A stretch of 64,000 nt of DNA from a virus. Shown piece by piece: positions 34,640-43,593 of this stretch. The notes under the pieces are model-generated. The model saw nothing but the letters and a program-made list of their open reading frames with translations, searched no databases and was not told where the DNA came from. The first letter of the stretch is position 1. Each line of letters begins with the position of its first letter. The stretch is taken from the IMG/VR virus record IMGVR_UViG_3300009159_000032. The stretch is one strand, 5' to 3'. Position numbers and translations under genes: made by a program.

Positions 34640-34645
34640 TAAATA
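34640..34645 (+). promoter_or_regulatory. putative late promoter TAAATA heading the 34.6-44.1 kb cluster
   Basis: 20 nt upstream of 34666, followed by a GGAG SD. Confidence 0.6.
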
Positions 34646-34665
34646 CTCAAATAACGGAGTTTGGC

Positions 34666-35043
34666 ATGCTATTGAACGAATTTTTTGGGTCTATTAATCT
34701 AAAAACAAATACTGAATCTTCAAAAAAAGAAGAACACAAAAAAGTTAAACAACAGGCCCTTGCTGACGATATTTTTGAATATATCATTAATAATAATAAG
34801 CTACACAAAAATGTATTCTTTCCCATTGCCGAAAAAATAGTTAAAGAAGCAACTAAAGAACATGATCCAAAAATGTGGATGCCTATAGTTAACAAAGGCT
34901 GTATGGAATTTTACAATCACATAAAATTAAAAGATAATCCCAAAGAACTTTTTACAGAAGAATTCCGTGAAGAATTGTGTCACAAAATGGCAGAACACTA
35001 CAACCGTGATATATTAACCGGCATATATAATCTAGGAAAATAA
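34666..35043 (+). CDS. hypothetical protein with MLLNEFF leader
   Basis: 125 aa. The leader resembles that of the next gene (MLLNQLF). Confidence 0.8.
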   Translation: MLLNEFFGSINLKTNTESSKKEEHKKVKQQALADDIFEYIINNNKLHKNVFFPIAEKIVKEATKEHDPKMWMPIVNKGCMEFYNHIKLKDNPKELFTEEFREELCHKMAEHYNRDILTGIYNLGK

Positions 35044-38000
35044 ATGCTGTTAAATCAATTATTTTCTCCTAAAAAATTATTCGAGGGCGGCAACTTAGCC
35101 AGTCACAAAGCTGACGGACAACCTATGCCAGGATGGCAGGGGATTCCTGGACAACATCAAGCACAAGAACTAGATTTAAACGTACACAACCGTACAGAAG
35201 TAGTAGCTGTACTATCTGATTTATTACACGGTATTAATGATGCATTTGCACAACAATTTAAAGAACCGCTTTGGCATGAAAATTCTGTAAAGGCTCAAAA
35301 GTTCTTAAGTGGTAGTACTATGCGATTCTTTGATAAGAAAATTTCAGACGAAGAATTTGTACGTGTCAAACCTACAGTAGGTGATATTGATACACAGGCG
35401 CCCGATAAACACGAAGGAACAATCAAACAATTCCTTACAGGATTAATTGGTAAGAAAGTAGGCGATGCTAAATTTATTGGATTTAGTGCTGGTAACAATC
35501 AATACACTAGTATGTGGGAAGTTTTACTAAAGGATCTTCCAGTTAAATTACAGATCGACTTTGAATACGGAGCACACGATCCAGAAACTGGATTACCCAC
35601 TCCGTGGCAAGAATACAGTCATAGCAGTTCTTGGGAAGATTTATCAGCAGGTATCAAAGGTGTATTTCACAAATACATCGATCGCGCCTTGCCATACGCT
35701 TCTACTGTTAGCACTAAGTATGTTGCTCGTGTATTAAAGAAAAGTACAAAAATCAGTGATGAACCTGTAACAGATTCAGATTACAGTTTTGCTGTCAGTG
35801 GTCAAGGCGGTGGTGGTGTAAGTAGAAAGTATGTTCCTTATAATGATCCAGCTACTGGTGCTCCTATGGAAAGAGACGGCATACCAGTTATGCAGTTATT
35901 AGATCCAGCAAACAGACAATACATTCAAAATCTTGGACAACAATTTGAAATTTTCTTTGGTCGTAAACCCAAAGGTAATGATCAGCAACTTAAAAATAGT
36001 TTTGTGGGCACTGTAGAACTAGCCAACAAATATCTAGACGACCAACAACGTACAGAATTATTCAACAGATTTGTATCTATATGTTTCGAACCTGGTAGTC
36101 AAATGATTACCAAAGGCGACCCAGCTAGAGATCGCAATATTAAAATGGCTGCTATTGATTACATGATTCAAAACATGAAACTTGCTAATCCTCAGGGCAT
36201 GAGAAAGCAGGCTATTAAAACAGCCATGGACTATGAGCAGGCCTTTACTTCAAAGCAGGCAGGTAAGGGCTTGAACGAAGCAGAAGTTAAGGCACAGTTT
36301 CGTAAAAACATGCCTCACCTTAAGGATCTAAAGCCCATTGATTTTTTAGATTTGTTAGATGAATTGCATCAAGGCAACGGACAATTTAAATTAAAGAATA
36401 TTCCATTAAATGTCAAAGTAGATGGCTTTGGTGGCCGCTTTGGTAAGAACTCAGACGGCAAGCCATTTATGGCCACAAGTAGAACAGAGCCGCGTTATCA
36501 AGCAGGCTTTGTTGACTATCATCAAAAGAAAGGCACAACTGATCCCGAAATACTAGGTCGTGCTCAACTTTTTGACGATTTGTTTGCAGAAATGATGAGT
36601 GCTGTACAACTTGTTGACAGCAAACTAGGTCCTGATTTTTTAATTAACAAACAAGTAACCTGCGAAGTTTTATATCTGCCATTTGCTACAGAAACTCCAG
36701 AAGGCAGGTTAAAATTTGTAGGTATACACTATGACAAACTTCCACAGGGTGTTCAATTAGCACTAGTTCCGTTCCGCGTAACAGATGCAACCACAGGCGA
36801 AGACCTTCCAGAGTCAAATAAAATAGTTAAAGAATTAACCAGCGTAGGTCGTCAAGGCAGTGTAATGTTTATTGACAACAGTCTAACACAAAACGAAGAA
36901 TTAGATGTTACTGAAATTATTAATGTGTTAGATAATATTGAAGAATTAAAACAGATTGTGTCGGACACTGCTGGTAAAAGAGATCGTGCTAGTTTAGATC
37001 TTAGACGTCAAGTTGAAGAAAAATTACAACCAGTTAAAGTAGAACTTGAAAAAGCAATTATTAACGATCCTAACATCATTGGTAAAGATTTATTGGGCAA
37101 AGACTACGAAGGTATTGTTATCAATAGTCGCCTTGGTCCTATTAAAATTACCAGTCAAGAACAACGTGATGTTATTAGTGCTAAAAATGCAGCTAAAGTA
37201 AGTGCAAGAACAGAACAGCCACGTGCAAATTCTAATAAAACAGCAGTAGTAGCAATAGGATCTTTTATTGGTCATAAAGGGCACGAAGAACTTTGGGACT
37301 ATACTGTTAAGAAAGCAGAACAAGTTGGCGGTGATCCTTATCTGTTTATCGGTAATGCAGAAGGCAAAGACGATCCTATTCCTCCTTCAGTTAAAGTACA
37401 GACATGGCATAAACTATATCCAGAATATGCTAAGAATATCAGCACAGTACAAGAAGGCGGACAGCTAATACAAAAGATCAAACACGAATTAATTAATCCA
37501 CTTCCAGGTAAACCTCCACGCTATGATAACATTATTATCATGGTTGGCGAAGATAGAGCAGGTATTAACATGCCTAATGCTTTAATGAAAGCTGTGAACA
37601 AATTCCAAGGATATGAACATGTTAAGGTAAGCCTTGATGTTACTCCGCGTGGCACTGGAATTAGCGGAACTGCGTTACGTAATAGTCTAAAAAATGATCC
37701 TCCAGAAAAAGCATTGGCTACATGGTCTAATGCATTTGATGTAAACAAACTTGGTGTTGATTGGATCAAACACTTAATGGATATAACGAGAAAAGGTATG
37801 GGCATACAACAAACACAACCACAACAACCTGCATCGCAGCCCACACCAATGGCTGAGATGAGACTGTTCAACGCTCTTGTAGCACCAAAACATAGTATGC
37901 AAGAAGGCTTAGGTAAACACGTTGCTAGTGCTGCATTAGCAGGTGCTATGGCATTCGGTGGTGCAGGAGCACATGCCCAGAGTTCAGGAGAAGATTTTTT

Positions 38001-39117
38001 ACCCGATATTGTTGCTCACGTTACTTTTAAAGTTAACGGCAAAGAAATATCAAAAGATATTAATCTAGGAACAACATATAAATCTCCCGGTGAAGCGTCA
38101 GCTGCACTTGAAAAATTCTTAAAATCTAAAGGCATCAAGTATTTTGAATATAGTCTTGAGCGTGTAAAATCAAAAGATGACGACTATATAGATAAAACTC
38201 CGGCATCAGATACAAGTACATCGGGTTCCGTAGACAGTCGTCCTTACAGTTCAACTGGAAATTCACCAAGTAACTATATGGCTAAAGAAAATGTAGAAGA
38301 AGCTAAGTCTGCTAGTAGACGTTGGCATGATGCATTACAGCGTGAAAAAGAACGCCGTGAACGCAATGAACGTGCAGGTCAAGAACTTCTAAATCCTAAA
38401 AAGAAAGAAGAACCTAAAGAAAAAGATGTGGCGGAAGGCTCCTTAGAAGCAAATACTCCAAATCCTGTTGTAGTAGTACAAGACTTAAAAGGTAAGATTT
38501 TAGATAAAGTAAATCTATCAATGGCTGTACAAAAATATAAATTAGGCAACCCGCAAGATATAAAAAATCAATTAGCACATCAAAACTATACTCAAATTGG
38601 AAATTATATTATAGTGTCACCTATGAGCGGACAGCCGCAAGATGCAACAACGCAAGGTGTGGCGGAAGGTGACAGTGGTGCAAAATATAAAGTAAGAAGT
38701 ATTGGGCACGATGCCAAAGGTGATTATTATATCAGCCCAAGCACAGGAAAAAAAGTTTATAAAAAGGGTGCCAAAGTCGGTGATCACGAAAATCCCAAAA
38801 CGGGCGAGCACAAAGGTGTAGCGGAAGGTGATAGTCCAGCAATGGCACATACTACCAAGAGCTTGGAAAATCCTCCTAAGGTTATGCAACACCGTGCCAA
38901 ACGTGATCAAGAACGTGATAAGCAACTACAATATAGAAATATTTCTAAACGAGATGAAGATCTAGACGAAAAAATCAAAGGCGCAGACGGCAAAGCCTGC
39001 TGGCCCAACTATCGTTACAACGGTACAGAGAACGGCTCAGACAAGTGTGTTAAAATTGGCGAAGCATGGGAATTAGAAATGTCTAATGCTATTAGTAAAC
39101 TATTTGAAAACCGATGA
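35044..39117 (+). CDS. multidomain polyprotein: Pol-beta-like nucleotidyltransferase, RNA/DNA-ligase-like domain, HIGH nucleotidyltransferase, and C-terminal mini-modules
   Basis: LSGS...VGDIDT...QIDFE; NVKVDG...YEGIVI...PIKI; GSFIGHKGH...ISGTALR; then modules separated by xVAEG. Confidence 0.75.
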   Translation: MLLNQLFSPKKLFEGGNLASHKADGQPMPGWQGIPGQHQAQELDLNVHNRTEVVAVLSDLLHGINDAFAQQFKEPLWHENSVKAQKFLSGSTMRFFDKKISDEEFVRVKPTVGDIDTQAPDKHEGTIKQFLTGLIGKKVGDAKFIGFSAGNNQYTSMWEVLLKDLPVKLQIDFEYGAHDPETGLPTPWQEYSHSSSWEDLSAGIKGVFHKYIDRALPYASTVSTKYVARVLKKSTKISDEPVTDSDYSFAVSGQGGGGVSRKYVPYNDPATGAPMERDGIPVMQLLDPANRQYIQNLGQQFEIFFGRKPKGNDQQLKNSFVGTVELANKYLDDQQRTELFNRFVSICFEPGSQMITKGDPARDRNIKMAAIDYMIQNMKLANPQGMRKQAIKTAMDYEQAFTSKQAGKGLNEAEVKAQFRKNMPHLKDLKPIDFLDLLDELHQGNGQFKLKNIPLNVKVDGFGGRFGKNSDGKPFMATSRTEPRYQAGFVDYHQKKGTTDPEILGRAQLFDDLFAEMMSAVQLVDSKLGPDFLINKQVTCEVLYLPFATETPEGRLKFVGIHYDKLPQGVQLALVPFRVTDATTGEDLPESNKIVKELTSVGRQGSVMFIDNSLTQNEELDVTEIINVLDNIEELKQIVSDTAGKRDRASLDLRRQVEEKLQPVKVELEKAIINDPNIIGKDLLGKDYEGIVINSRLGPIKITSQEQRDVISAKNAAKVSARTEQPRANSNKTAVVAIGSFIGHKGHEELWDYTVKKAEQVGGDPYLFIGNAEGKDDPIPPSVKVQTWHKLYPEYAKNISTVQEGGQLIQKIKHELINPLPGKPPRYDNIIIMVGEDRAGINMPNALMKAVNKFQGYEHVKVSLDVTPRGTGISGTALRNSLKNDPPEKALATWSNAFDVNKLGVDWIKHLMDITRKGMGIQQTQPQQPASQPTPMAEMRLFNALVAPKHSMQEGLGKHVASAALAGAMAFGGAGAHAQSSGEDFLPDIVAHVTFKVNGKEISKDINLGTTYKSPGEASAALEKFLKSKGIKYFEYSLERVKSKDDDYIDKTPASDTSTSGSVDSRPYSSTGNSPSNYMAKENVEEAKSASRRWHDALQREKERRERNERAGQELLNPKKKEEPKEKDVAEGSLEANTPNPVVVVQDLKGKILDKVNLSMAVQKYKLGNPQDIKNQLAHQNYTQIGNYIIVSPMSGQPQDATTQGVAEGDSGAKYKVRSIGHDAKGDYYISPSTGKKVYKKGAKVGDHENPKTGEHKGVAEGDSPAMAHTTKSLENPPKVMQHRAKRDQERDKQLQYRNISKRDEDLDEKIKGADGKACWPNYRYNGTENGSDKCVKIGEAWELEMSNAISKLFENR

Positions 39118-39383
39118 AACAATATAGAATATCAGGATTCCCAATAGATGCATCAACTGATCCAGATTGTGCATTGTCTCCTGACGATCCTATACATAAA
39201 CTAAAGGCCAGTAATTGGCTAGGTGAATTAGGCGCCGAAGCTAGGATGGCAGAATACAATAACAGCAGTCGTACGCCTACATGGAATGATCCACGTAGCG
39301 AAAATGCACGTATTATGCGTGAACAAGGTATTAAACCAGGTACTCCTGCTTGGTTCGAGCTTTGGTTTGGAAAAAATAAATAA
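39114..39383 (+). CDS. hypothetical protein
   Basis: 89 aa, ATGA-coupled, ending in IKPGTPAWFELWF. Confidence 0.75.
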   Translation: MKQYRISGFPIDASTDPDCALSPDDPIHKLKASNWLGELGAEARMAEYNNSSRTPTWNDPRSENARIMREQGIKPGTPAWFELWFGKNK

Positions 39384-39389
39384 CATATT

Positions 39390-39764
39390 ATGAGAATATC
39401 TGAATTACTCACCGAAGTTAAGTCTGGCAAAATCAGCAAGAGAGCACAACAACCCAGTCGTGGCATTAACACCTATGGCGATGTTGAACACGCAAACAGC
39501 GACTATGTAGGCTTTAAGCTAGGGCAGGCTATGGCAATGAGTGACGGTTCGGGTGCTCCGATAAACATTGACCCTAAGAGCTGGTACGGTAAAAAGAAAA
39601 CTGTGCATCCTTATTCAGAAATAGAACAACAGATGTTTAAAGATGCGGCTAAGGTAGTCGGAGCTAGTTATAAAGATATAAACAAAGGCGATATGAAAAG
39701 CAAAGAGCTAGACAGTACTCACAATATTAGTCCTGTGCCTGATAGAAAGAAGCTAGCAAAATGA
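39390..39764 (+). CDS. putative internal head protein (MRISELLTE leader)
   Basis: Leader resembles the T4 CTS MKTYQEFIAE. Confidence 0.65.
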   Translation: MRISELLTEVKSGKISKRAQQPSRGINTYGDVEHANSDYVGFKLGQAMAMSDGSGAPINIDPKSWYGKKKTVHPYSEIEQQMFKDAAKVVGASYKDINKGDMKSKELDSTHNISPVPDRKKLAK

Positions 39765-39925
39765 AAATACAAGAACTCTTAGAAACAGCAACAGGTATGG
39801 GCACCAGTGCTATTGCAACCAGCATGCCTGCAAAGAAACCTAAGAAGGGACAGAAATTAAATCTGCTTGGGACTCCTGTATCTGAGACAGATAAAGAAGT
39901 TAAGATAATAAAGAGACAACCATGA
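39761..39925 (+). CDS. 54-aa putative internal head peptide missing from the ORF track (MKIQELLETATGMGTSAIATSMPAKKPKK...)
   Basis: ATGA overlaps at both ends. Same leader as its neighbours. Confidence 0.75.
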   Translation: MKIQELLETATGMGTSAIATSMPAKKPKKGQKLNLLGTPVSETDKEVKIIKRQP

Positions 39926-40773
39926 ATCATCCAGACCACGAAATAGAAATGGCACGTTCCGAATTATATTCAATAGCCAAATATGCTATTGCACTTCACG
40001 AGATGTTAGAAAATGTCAGTGAACTAGACGGCATGGAAGGTTGGCAACAGAGTAAAATCACTCGTGCAGCTGACTACATGGAAAGTGTTTATCAAAGCCT
40101 TACACATGAAATGAAATTTGGAGAGTCTGCTCCCAAAGGTTGGGAAGGTACCGTTAAGGCCATGAAGAAACACAAGGAAATTGATAATCCTTGGGCACTA
40201 GCACACTATATGAAAAACAAAGGCTACAAGAGTCACAAGAAAGAAGAAGGTGTGGCAGAAGCAGGATATGGTCGTAACAAAGATTACGATCCCGGATTTG
40301 CCAGTCCACACGCACCAAAGTTAACACCTATTGGTGGTCCAAAACAAGATGACGAATACGTAAACGGTAATCCAGTAAACAATATTGAAGTATCTATTAA
40401 CGGTCGTCCTTGGAAGATATTTCCAGGCAAGGGACCAGATGGTAGTCGGGCATTTTTCCAACAAAAACAAGATGTTGACGAAATGTGTAAACGCAAGACT
40501 GCCGCAACTGGTAAGAAATGGAGTTGGGGTGTTACCGGTGAGCCTGCTACCAATGAAAGTACTGTGCAGGAACACAAGAAAGGTGTACGTGCTATGAAGC
40601 ATACCACTAAGCCAAGAAACCCAGTAATGGCTGGAGACAAACCAGGTAAAGCAACTGTTACTCACAAAAACAAAAAGAAAGATCAACAACGCGGTGTAGA
40701 AAAACACAAAGGCAAAGAACCTGCTTATGAATCGCGCCTGTGGAACGCACTGTCACAACACTTAGAAAAATAA
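39922..40773 (+). CDS. modular basic polyprotein-like protein
   Basis: Modules separated by FGE/, GVAE/, TNE/ and VQE/. Contains one copy of the DNA repeat. Confidence 0.7.
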   Translation: MNHPDHEIEMARSELYSIAKYAIALHEMLENVSELDGMEGWQQSKITRAADYMESVYQSLTHEMKFGESAPKGWEGTVKAMKKHKEIDNPWALAHYMKNKGYKSHKKEEGVAEAGYGRNKDYDPGFASPHAPKLTPIGGPKQDDEYVNGNPVNNIEVSINGRPWKIFPGKGPDGSRAFFQQKQDVDEMCKRKTAATGKKWSWGVTGEPATNESTVQEHKKGVRAMKHTTKPRNPVMAGDKPGKATVTHKNKKKDQQRGVEKHKGKEPAYESRLWNALSQHLEK

Positions 40774-42026
40774 TGCGTATACAAGAGCTAGTTGAAACAT
40801 CAAAGCGTACACCAGATTTGATGGATGCGTTTAAGGTTTTTATTCCTCTAGCTATGAAAGAGCTAGAGATTGATCAGCTACCTGATATTAAATTACAATC
40901 AAAATTAGAATTAGATGAACAACCTTCATTCGGACGTTTTGTTCAACATGAAAACAGAATTTATCTAGCTTTGGAAAATCGTCATCCTATTGATATACTT
41001 AGAACATTTGCACATGAACTTGTACACTACAAACAAGGTACAGAACACGAGTTAGATTCTAATAGCGGCGACACTGGTAGTCCACAAGAAAACGAAGCAC
41101 ACGAAGTAGCTGGTGTTATTATGAGACATTTTGATAAAATGTATCCTGAGTTTTTTGATACTTCTGCTGTTGATATCAGTGAAAGTTTGCGAAGTAAGGC
41201 AGCAGGGCTGGCATTAGGTGCTTTGTCTCTAGGTGCTCAAGCTACTGCACCACAGATAGTCCAACAAATTGTCGAGCCAGGTGATACAGTTTATAGTATA
41301 GCAAGACAAAATAATGTACCGCCTGCTGAAATTATGAAACTTAATAAAATGGGGCAAAAGACTAAACTTGAAATTGGTCAGAAAGTAAAAGTTCCAGATT
41401 ATTCAAAACCTATTAGCAAAATGCCTGCTACAGTAACTCCTACTGTTAAGCAAGAACCTACTAAAATATCTCCGGATGCACAGGCAGCTCCAATGAAAGT
41501 ATTGCCTAAAGTAGGCAGTGAAGTTTCTTTATTAAGTAATAATACGGATGCTGAGGCTGCATTGCAATCTGCTGCCAAAGCCGCAGGGCTTAAAGGCGCA
41601 GAGCTGGCACAGTTTATGGCGCAGACTAGACATGAAAGTTGGGACTTTGGCAAAATGAAGGAAGTAGGTAACAAGAAAAAATTTGCCAAATATGAAACTC
41701 CACGCAAAGCAAGACAATTAGGCAATAAAGTAAAAGGCGACGGTGAAAGATTTAAAGGTCGTGGCTTTATACAATTAACTGGCAGAGATAATTACACTAG
41801 AGCCAGTGAACAAATTTTTGGTGATGACAGACTAGTTCGTAAACCTGAATTAGCCAGCGATCTTAACATTGCTGCTAAGATTGCACTTTGGTATTGGAAA
41901 AATCAAGTTAGACCTAATGTAAATAACTTTAATAATACAAAAGAAGTGACTAATGCAATTAATCCGGGTCTAAGTGGACTACAAGACCGACACAATAAAT
42001 TTAAGGAGTATCTAGCAGTATTATGA
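40773..42026 (+). CDS. zincin-like HExxH domain + LysM + GH19 hydrolase, MRIQELVE leader
   Basis: TAATG overlap gives the start at 40773. FAHELVH...ENEAH; VEPGDTVYSIARQNNV LysM; AQFMAQTRHES...FKGRGFIQLTGRDNY. Confidence 0.85.
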   Translation: MRIQELVETSKRTPDLMDAFKVFIPLAMKELEIDQLPDIKLQSKLELDEQPSFGRFVQHENRIYLALENRHPIDILRTFAHELVHYKQGTEHELDSNSGDTGSPQENEAHEVAGVIMRHFDKMYPEFFDTSAVDISESLRSKAAGLALGALSLGAQATAPQIVQQIVEPGDTVYSIARQNNVPPAEIMKLNKMGQKTKLEIGQKVKVPDYSKPISKMPATVTPTVKQEPTKISPDAQAAPMKVLPKVGSEVSLLSNNTDAEAALQSAAKAAGLKGAELAQFMAQTRHESWDFGKMKEVGNKKKFAKYETPRKARQLGNKVKGDGERFKGRGFIQLTGRDNYTRASEQIFGDDRLVRKPELASDLNIAAKIALWYWKNQVRPNVNNFNNTKEVTNAINPGLSGLQDRHNKFKEYLAVL

Positions 42027-42715
42027 GAGTCAATGAATTTATAAACGAAGGCTGGAGCCAAAAATATAAAAAAAGCATTAACTGTTCGCACCCAAAAGGT
42101 TTCAGTCAACGTGCTCACTGTGCTGGCAAAAAGAAGCATAACGAAAGCATAGAAACAGAAATGACCTGCCCTGACTGCGGTCTTTGTGAGGCACACGGCA
42201 ATAGTAAAATTTACGATAAGTGCTGGACAGGTTTTAGAAAAGTACCAGGAAAGAAACGTGGTGAAGATGGTAGCTGTAAGAAGATTGGTGAAGATGAAGA
42301 ATTACATCAAGAGTTTGACTTAATTGAACAAATGGTTGAGCATATTGCAAGACAACACGCTATTGATCCTGAATTTGTCTGGGAAGATCTAGAAAGTCTC
42401 ACAGACGACGAACTATATGTATTTGCTGTCACACAAGAACCTGTAATGGAAGATTGGCAAAAAGTTAACAAAAGAGATAAAACCGATGGCATGAGCCGTA
42501 AAGCTGTTAATGCTTATCGAAGAGAAAACCCGGGTAGTAAATTAAAGACCGCCGTAACTACCAAGCCAAGTAAACTAAAGCGTGGTAGCAAGGCCAGCAA
42601 GCGTAGAAGTAGCTATTGTTCTAGGTCCGCTGGACAAAAGAGTATGCATCATATTGATTGCAGCAAAACTCCAGACAAGGCAATTTGCAAAGCACGACGT
42701 CGTTGGAACTGCTGA
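42023..42715 (+). CDS. Cys-rich basic modular protein (MRVNEFINE leader)
   Basis: Modules CSHPKGFSQRAHC, CPDCGLC, CWTG...SCKKIGE and YCSRS...KARRRWNC. Confidence 0.75.
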   Translation: MRVNEFINEGWSQKYKKSINCSHPKGFSQRAHCAGKKKHNESIETEMTCPDCGLCEAHGNSKIYDKCWTGFRKVPGKKRGEDGSCKKIGEDEELHQEFDLIEQMVEHIARQHAIDPEFVWEDLESLTDDELYVFAVTQEPVMEDWQKVNKRDKTDGMSRKAVNAYRRENPGSKLKTAVTTKPSKLKRGSKASKRRSSYCSRSAGQKSMHHIDCSKTPDKAICKARRRWNC

Positions 42716-42912
42716 TGCGAATAACAGAGCTTATTGAAAACTTTGCAGATGGTCGTAATCCACAGGATAAAGGCGATGCTAAACGTCACGGAATTAATAC
42801 CAAAGCCAGTGTAAGTAGTTTGCGTAAAACTGCCAAGCAAGGTGGACGCAAAGGACAACTAGCACATTGGCTGGCTAATATGAAAGCTGGTAGAGCTAAG
42901 AAGAAACATTAA
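42715..42912 (+). CDS. small basic protein (MRITELIE leader)
   Basis: TGATG overlap gives the start at 42715. 65 aa, Lys/Arg-rich. Confidence 0.75.
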   Translation: MRITELIENFADGRNPQDKGDAKRHGINTKASVSSLRKTAKQGGRKGQLAHWLANMKAGRAKKKH

Positions 42913-42915
42913 TAT

Positions 42916-43593
42916 ATGACCGAAGAATTGCACACTCAACCAATATATCGAAAACATGAGATACCTCTTGTTAATTATCTAATGACTTTTAAAGATGCCC
43001 TAACAGAAGAATTTTTAAAATTTCACGATAATTGGTTTAATCAAGATGAAGATGTAAAAGGCCTTATACTAACTAGACCAGCAGGTCGAAACGTTGACAA
43101 TTATTTAAGCGACCCTAATGCATGGAAATCTTCGTGGATCAGATACGAATATACTCCCGGAGGTAAAGTTCTTAATAATGATAATACTATTTGGACTTTT
43201 CCAACAGCACATAAAATAATGAAACAGTATGAAGGGCAACTTGGAATTGTTATGTATAGTGTGTTAGAAGCAAACAGTGTTATCAGTAGGCATACTGGTC
43301 CAGAAAATCGTACTGGCGAATATTTAAGAATTCATTTGCCTCTTATTGTGCCAGACGGTGATATATTTTTAGAAGTGAACGGGGAAGAAATAGATTGGAG
43401 CGAACCTTTTGGTTTTAATAATCAGTATATTCACAGTGCTCATAATTATAGTCCTAAAAGAAGATTGGTATTTTTGATCGATATTAAAAGAAGTTTTCTA
43501 GGATTACCTCGAGGAGTTCATTTTCGTGCAAAAGATCATATAGCATATCTAGCATCAGTTCAACCTTTTAAAAGAAAAGGTATTACAATATGA
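42916..43593 (+). CDS. aspartyl/asparaginyl beta-hydroxylase-family oxygenase
   Basis: ISRHTG...LRIHLPLIVP...FNNQYIHSAHN...RLVFLID. Confidence 0.8.
   Translation: MTEELHTQPIYRKHEIPLVNYLMTFKDALTEEFLKFHDNWFNQDEDVKGLILTRPAGRNVDNYLSDPNAWKSSWIRYEYTPGGKVLNNDNTIWTFPTAHKIMKQYEGQLGIVMYSVLEANSVISRHTGPENRTGEYLRIHLPLIVPDGDIFLEVNGEEIDWSEPFGFNNQYIHSAHNYSPKRRLVFLIDIKRSFLGLPRGVHFRAKDHIAYLASVQPFKRKGITI

Larger units (their letters stand above)
38427..40261 (+). repeat. dispersed GC-rich direct repeat (aagg)TGTGGCGGAAGG encoding (G)VAE(G), 4 copies
   Basis: Copies at 38427-38438, 38654-38676, 38813-38835 (1 change in core) and 40247-40261 (gtggcagaag). Confidence 0.8.

Noticed and set aside
38427-38835. GTGGCGGAAGG repeats as a mini-CRISPR array
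   Set aside because: The core is only about 12-23 nt, is non-palindromic and in frame, and the intervals are 150-230 nt and unequal. It is kept instead as a module-junction finding.
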